DNA of 59,598 nucleotides from Acidiferrobacterales bacterium (GTDB lineage Bacteria > Pseudomonadota > Gammaproteobacteria > Acidiferrobacterales > DATGVQ01), in assembly GCA_035300145.1 (NCBI GenBank), contig DATGVQ010000015.1, positions 1 through 59,598 on the forward strand, given 5' to 3'. Positions within the stretch are counted from its first letter, which is position 1, and every line of letters begins with the position of its first letter. Shown piece by piece: positions 57,550 to 59,598 of this stretch. The notes under the pieces are model-generated. The model made no database searches, was not told the DNA's origin, and saw nothing but the letters and a program-made list of their open reading frames with translations. Both the position numbers and the translations under genes were made by a program.

Positions 57550-57640
57550 CACCGTCCATCCCCGGATTCCGCCCCACAGGGACGTGGAAGTGTCGCGGAA
57601 GACAGGATGTCGGGAGCGACCGCTCCGCTCCATCCGGGCT
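57550..57640. repeat. third copy of the GC-rich palindromic repeat family
   Basis: CCACAGGGACGTGGAAGTGTCGCGGAAGACAGGATGTCGGGAGCGACCG aligns with 31558-31606. Confidence 0.7.
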
Positions 57641-57700
57641 ACAAACTTAAGTCGCCACGGAGTCTACGTTTACGGTAGCGCCATTGTGCTCTGACATGAA

Positions 57701-57859
57701 TTCCCTGCTAACAGGGAAAAATACAGGGAATTTCCGTAATTATTGACGCCTCCATTTACGCCCTACCCGGCGGAAACCCGCGCCCAGAGCCGATTCCCGG
57801 TCATCCGGCCCATTCTGAATACGCATCGGAACAGGAGATAACAGGGAATTAACAGGGAA
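57701..57859. promoter_or_regulatory. iteron-like ACAGGGAA sites
   Basis: ACAGGGAA occurs at 57711, 57723, 57841 and 57852, in pairs spaced 11-12 nt. An inverted copy, TTCCCTG, is at 57701. Confidence 0.5.
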
Positions 57860-58038
57860 ATGTCACGCGGAGCCAAAAGGCGGTTCAGATAGGAATGGCA
57901 CTACCTACCTTAAGCATTTCTGGCCAATGGTGTACCCCAAGAAAGGCAGAAAAAGCGAGGCCGAATCTCTTGAGTTTTGCTCATCGTGAATGAACCGGGC
58001 GCTAAGGTAGTGCCATTGAGGAGGCACCCATCATTAAG

Positions 58039-58122
58039 ATTGTGCCATATTTGCCAGCCGTGGTTTAATCTGCACCAGTTTAATCGCAAAACCAGGGGAA
58101 CAAAAGGAACCACCATGTCCGA
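58039..58122 (+). repeat. right copy of the 84-nt direct repeat flanking the island
   Basis: See 51596-51679. This copy leads into the intact enoyl-CoA hydratase gene, and it retains only the first three codons (MAQ) of sseA on the opposite strand. Confidence 0.85.
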
Positions 58123-58897
58123 AACCATTCTTGTGCGGCACGATAACGATATTGCCACGGTCGTACTCAACCGGCCGGAAAAGCTCAACGCCCTCACCAA
58201 GCCTATGTGGAATCAGCTTGGCGAGACCATACGGGAACTTTCCGCCGATGACAATCTGCGCTGCATCGTCATCCGCGGCGCCGGCGACAAATCCTTCGCG
58301 CCCGGAAACGACATCTCCGAATTCGAAAACGAGCGCTCCAACGTCGAGCAGGCAAGAGATTATGGCGAAGTGCATCACCGATCGCTCGCGGCATTGGCGG
58401 AATGCCGCCACCCCATAGTCGCGATGATCAAGGGCATTTGCGTCGGCGGCGGACTGGAGATCGCGGCGTTGTGCGATATGCGCATCTGCGGCGAATCGAG
58501 CCGCTTCGGCATCCCGATCAATCGCTTAGGCTTAGCCTTGGGCCTCGGCGAAATGCACGGATTGCTGTCCCTGGTCGGCAAAGCCGTGACGCTCGAGATT
58601 TTGTTGGAAGGCCGGGTGTTCGGGGCGCAAGAGGCAAAGGAAAAAGGCTTGGTTACCCGGGTGGTCGCCGACGACCAGGTCGAGGAGGAGGCCTATGCCA
58701 CCGCCCGGCGCATCGCCGATGGCGCGCCGCTGGTGGCGCGCTGGCACAAGAAATTCATGCGCCGCTTAACGCAAGACCCCACGCCGGTCACCCACGCCGA
58801 ACTTGACGAGGCCTACGCCTGTTATGGCACGGAAGACTTTCAGATCGGCTATAAATCCTTCCTCGCTAAAACGCAGCCGAAGTTCAAGGGGCGCTGA
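58115..58897 (+). CDS. enoyl-CoA hydratase/isomerase (crotonase) family protein
   Basis: The start is MSETILVRHDNDIATVVLNRPEKLNAL. It contains ...RGAGDKSFAPGNDI...GICVGGGLEIA. Confidence 0.85.
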   Translation: MSETILVRHDNDIATVVLNRPEKLNALTKPMWNQLGETIRELSADDNLRCIVIRGAGDKSFAPGNDISEFENERSNVEQARDYGEVHHRSLAALAECRHPIVAMIKGICVGGGLEIAALCDMRICGESSRFGIPINRLGLALGLGEMHGLLSLVGKAVTLEILLEGRVFGAQEAKEKGLVTRVVADDQVEEEAYATARRIADGAPLVARWHKKFMRRLTQDPTPVTHAELDEAYACYGTEDFQIGYKSFLAKTQPKFKGR

Positions 58898-59598
58898 TGG
58901 GTCCATTAACCGGGTTAAAGGTCATCGAGCTGGCCCACATCATGTCCGGGCCGACCTGCGGCATGTTGCTCGCCGATATGGGCGCGGATGTGATTAAAGT
59001 AGAAAAAATTCCCGGCGGCGATGATACCCGCCGCTTCACCCCACCGGAGATCGACGGCGAGGCCGCCGCTTTCCTTATGATGAATCGCAACAAGCGCGGC
59101 ATCGCGGTGAATCTCAAAACCCAAAGCGGCAAGGATATTTTGCGGCGGTTGCTCAGCACCGCCGATGTCGTTACGGAAAATTACCGCACGGGCGCGATGG
59201 AAAAATTGGACTTAGGCTATGAAGCCCTGCGCAAAATCAATCCCGGCCTGATCTACGCGGAAATCTCCGGCTACGGCCGTACCGGGCCTTACGCCGGGCG
59301 CGGCGGCTTCGATCTGATTGCGCAAGGCATGTCGGGCATGATGAGTACCATGGGCGAACCGGGCCAGGCGCCGATCAAGGCGGGCGCGCCGGTCACCGAC
59401 ATCAATGCCGGCATCCTCGCGGCCCTGGGCGTGGTGGCGGCTTATATCCACCGCCTTAAGACCGGCGAAGGCCAACGCGTCGATACCTCGTTGTTCGAGG
59501 CAGGCATTCAACAAAACTATTGGCAGGTGGCGATTTACCTTGCCACCGGCGTTACGCCGCCGCCGATGGGCTCCGGCAATCCGCTTAACGCGCCCTAC
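58897..59598 (+). CDS. CaiB/BaiF family (class III) CoA-transferase, 3' end outside the window
   Basis: Not in the track because there is no stop. The ATG overlaps the preceding TGA. Translation gives MGPLTGLKVIELAHIMSGPTCGMLLADMGADVIKVE...NRNKRGIAVNLK...ENYRTGAMEKLDLGYE...GFDLIAQGMSG. Confidence 0.85.
   Translation, partial: MGPLTGLKVIELAHIMSGPTCGMLLADMGADVIKVEKIPGGDDTRRFTPPEIDGEAAAFLMMNRNKRGIAVNLKTQSGKDILRRLLSTADVVTENYRTGAMEKLDLGYEALRKINPGLIYAEISGYGRTGPYAGRGGFDLIAQGMSGMMSTMGEPGQAPIKAGAPVTDINAGILAALGVVAAYIHRLKTGEGQRVDTSLFEAGIQQNYWQVAIYLATGVTPPPMGSGNPLNAPY

Overview
The window looks like a gammaproteobacterial chromosome segment. It is mostly a conserved housekeeping backbone. From left to right: ligD (partial), argB, hsp20, hslVU, xerC, DUF484, dapF, lysA, lptM, cyaY, lon, two slp genes, purT, algR with two AlgZ/FimS-type kinases, argH, rlmJ, hemCDXY, a CDF efflux gene, a ferredoxin reductase, an ABC/GldG-like cluster and mutM. 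No rRNA, tRNA or CRISPR array was recognised.

Several accessory insertions interrupt this backbone:
1. Just downstream of mutM (38.4-42.7 kb) is an integron-type cassette array. It has canonical attC cores (GCCTAAC/GTTAGGC) but no integron integrase in the window. It carries a brnTA module with a frameshifted toxin, an IS110/IS1111-family remnant, and a complete group IIC intron sitting exactly in an attC core.
2. At 42.9-48.0 kb is a GC-richer block with three orphan paralogous solute-binding proteins, an amidohydrolase and a cupin.
3. At 48.05-50.74 kb is an AT-rich three-gene islet. Its PD-(D/E)xK-like gene is tightly bracketed by 54-nt inverted repeats.
4. At 51.6-58.1 kb is a GC-rich island of about 6.4 kb (TRAP transporter, HupE/UreJ, cobalt-type nitrile hydratase with accessory protein, YajD-like HNH protein). 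It is flanked by an 84-nt direct duplication of the sseA/enoyl-CoA-hydratase intergenic region.
5. A single GC-rich LVIVD-repeat gene sits between slp and purT.

A family of GC-rich palindromic repeats sharing an ACAGGGA(A) half-site occurs at three loci. One copy is inserted in frame (111 nt) inside the ferredoxin-reductase gene.

Other oddities are a GGDEF-DCTPP1/MazG fusion protein, a highly structured algZ/argH intergenic region with an orphan terminator, and several gene remnants.

Everything was done by eye and hand translation. No database search was run, so family names are recalled from motifs.
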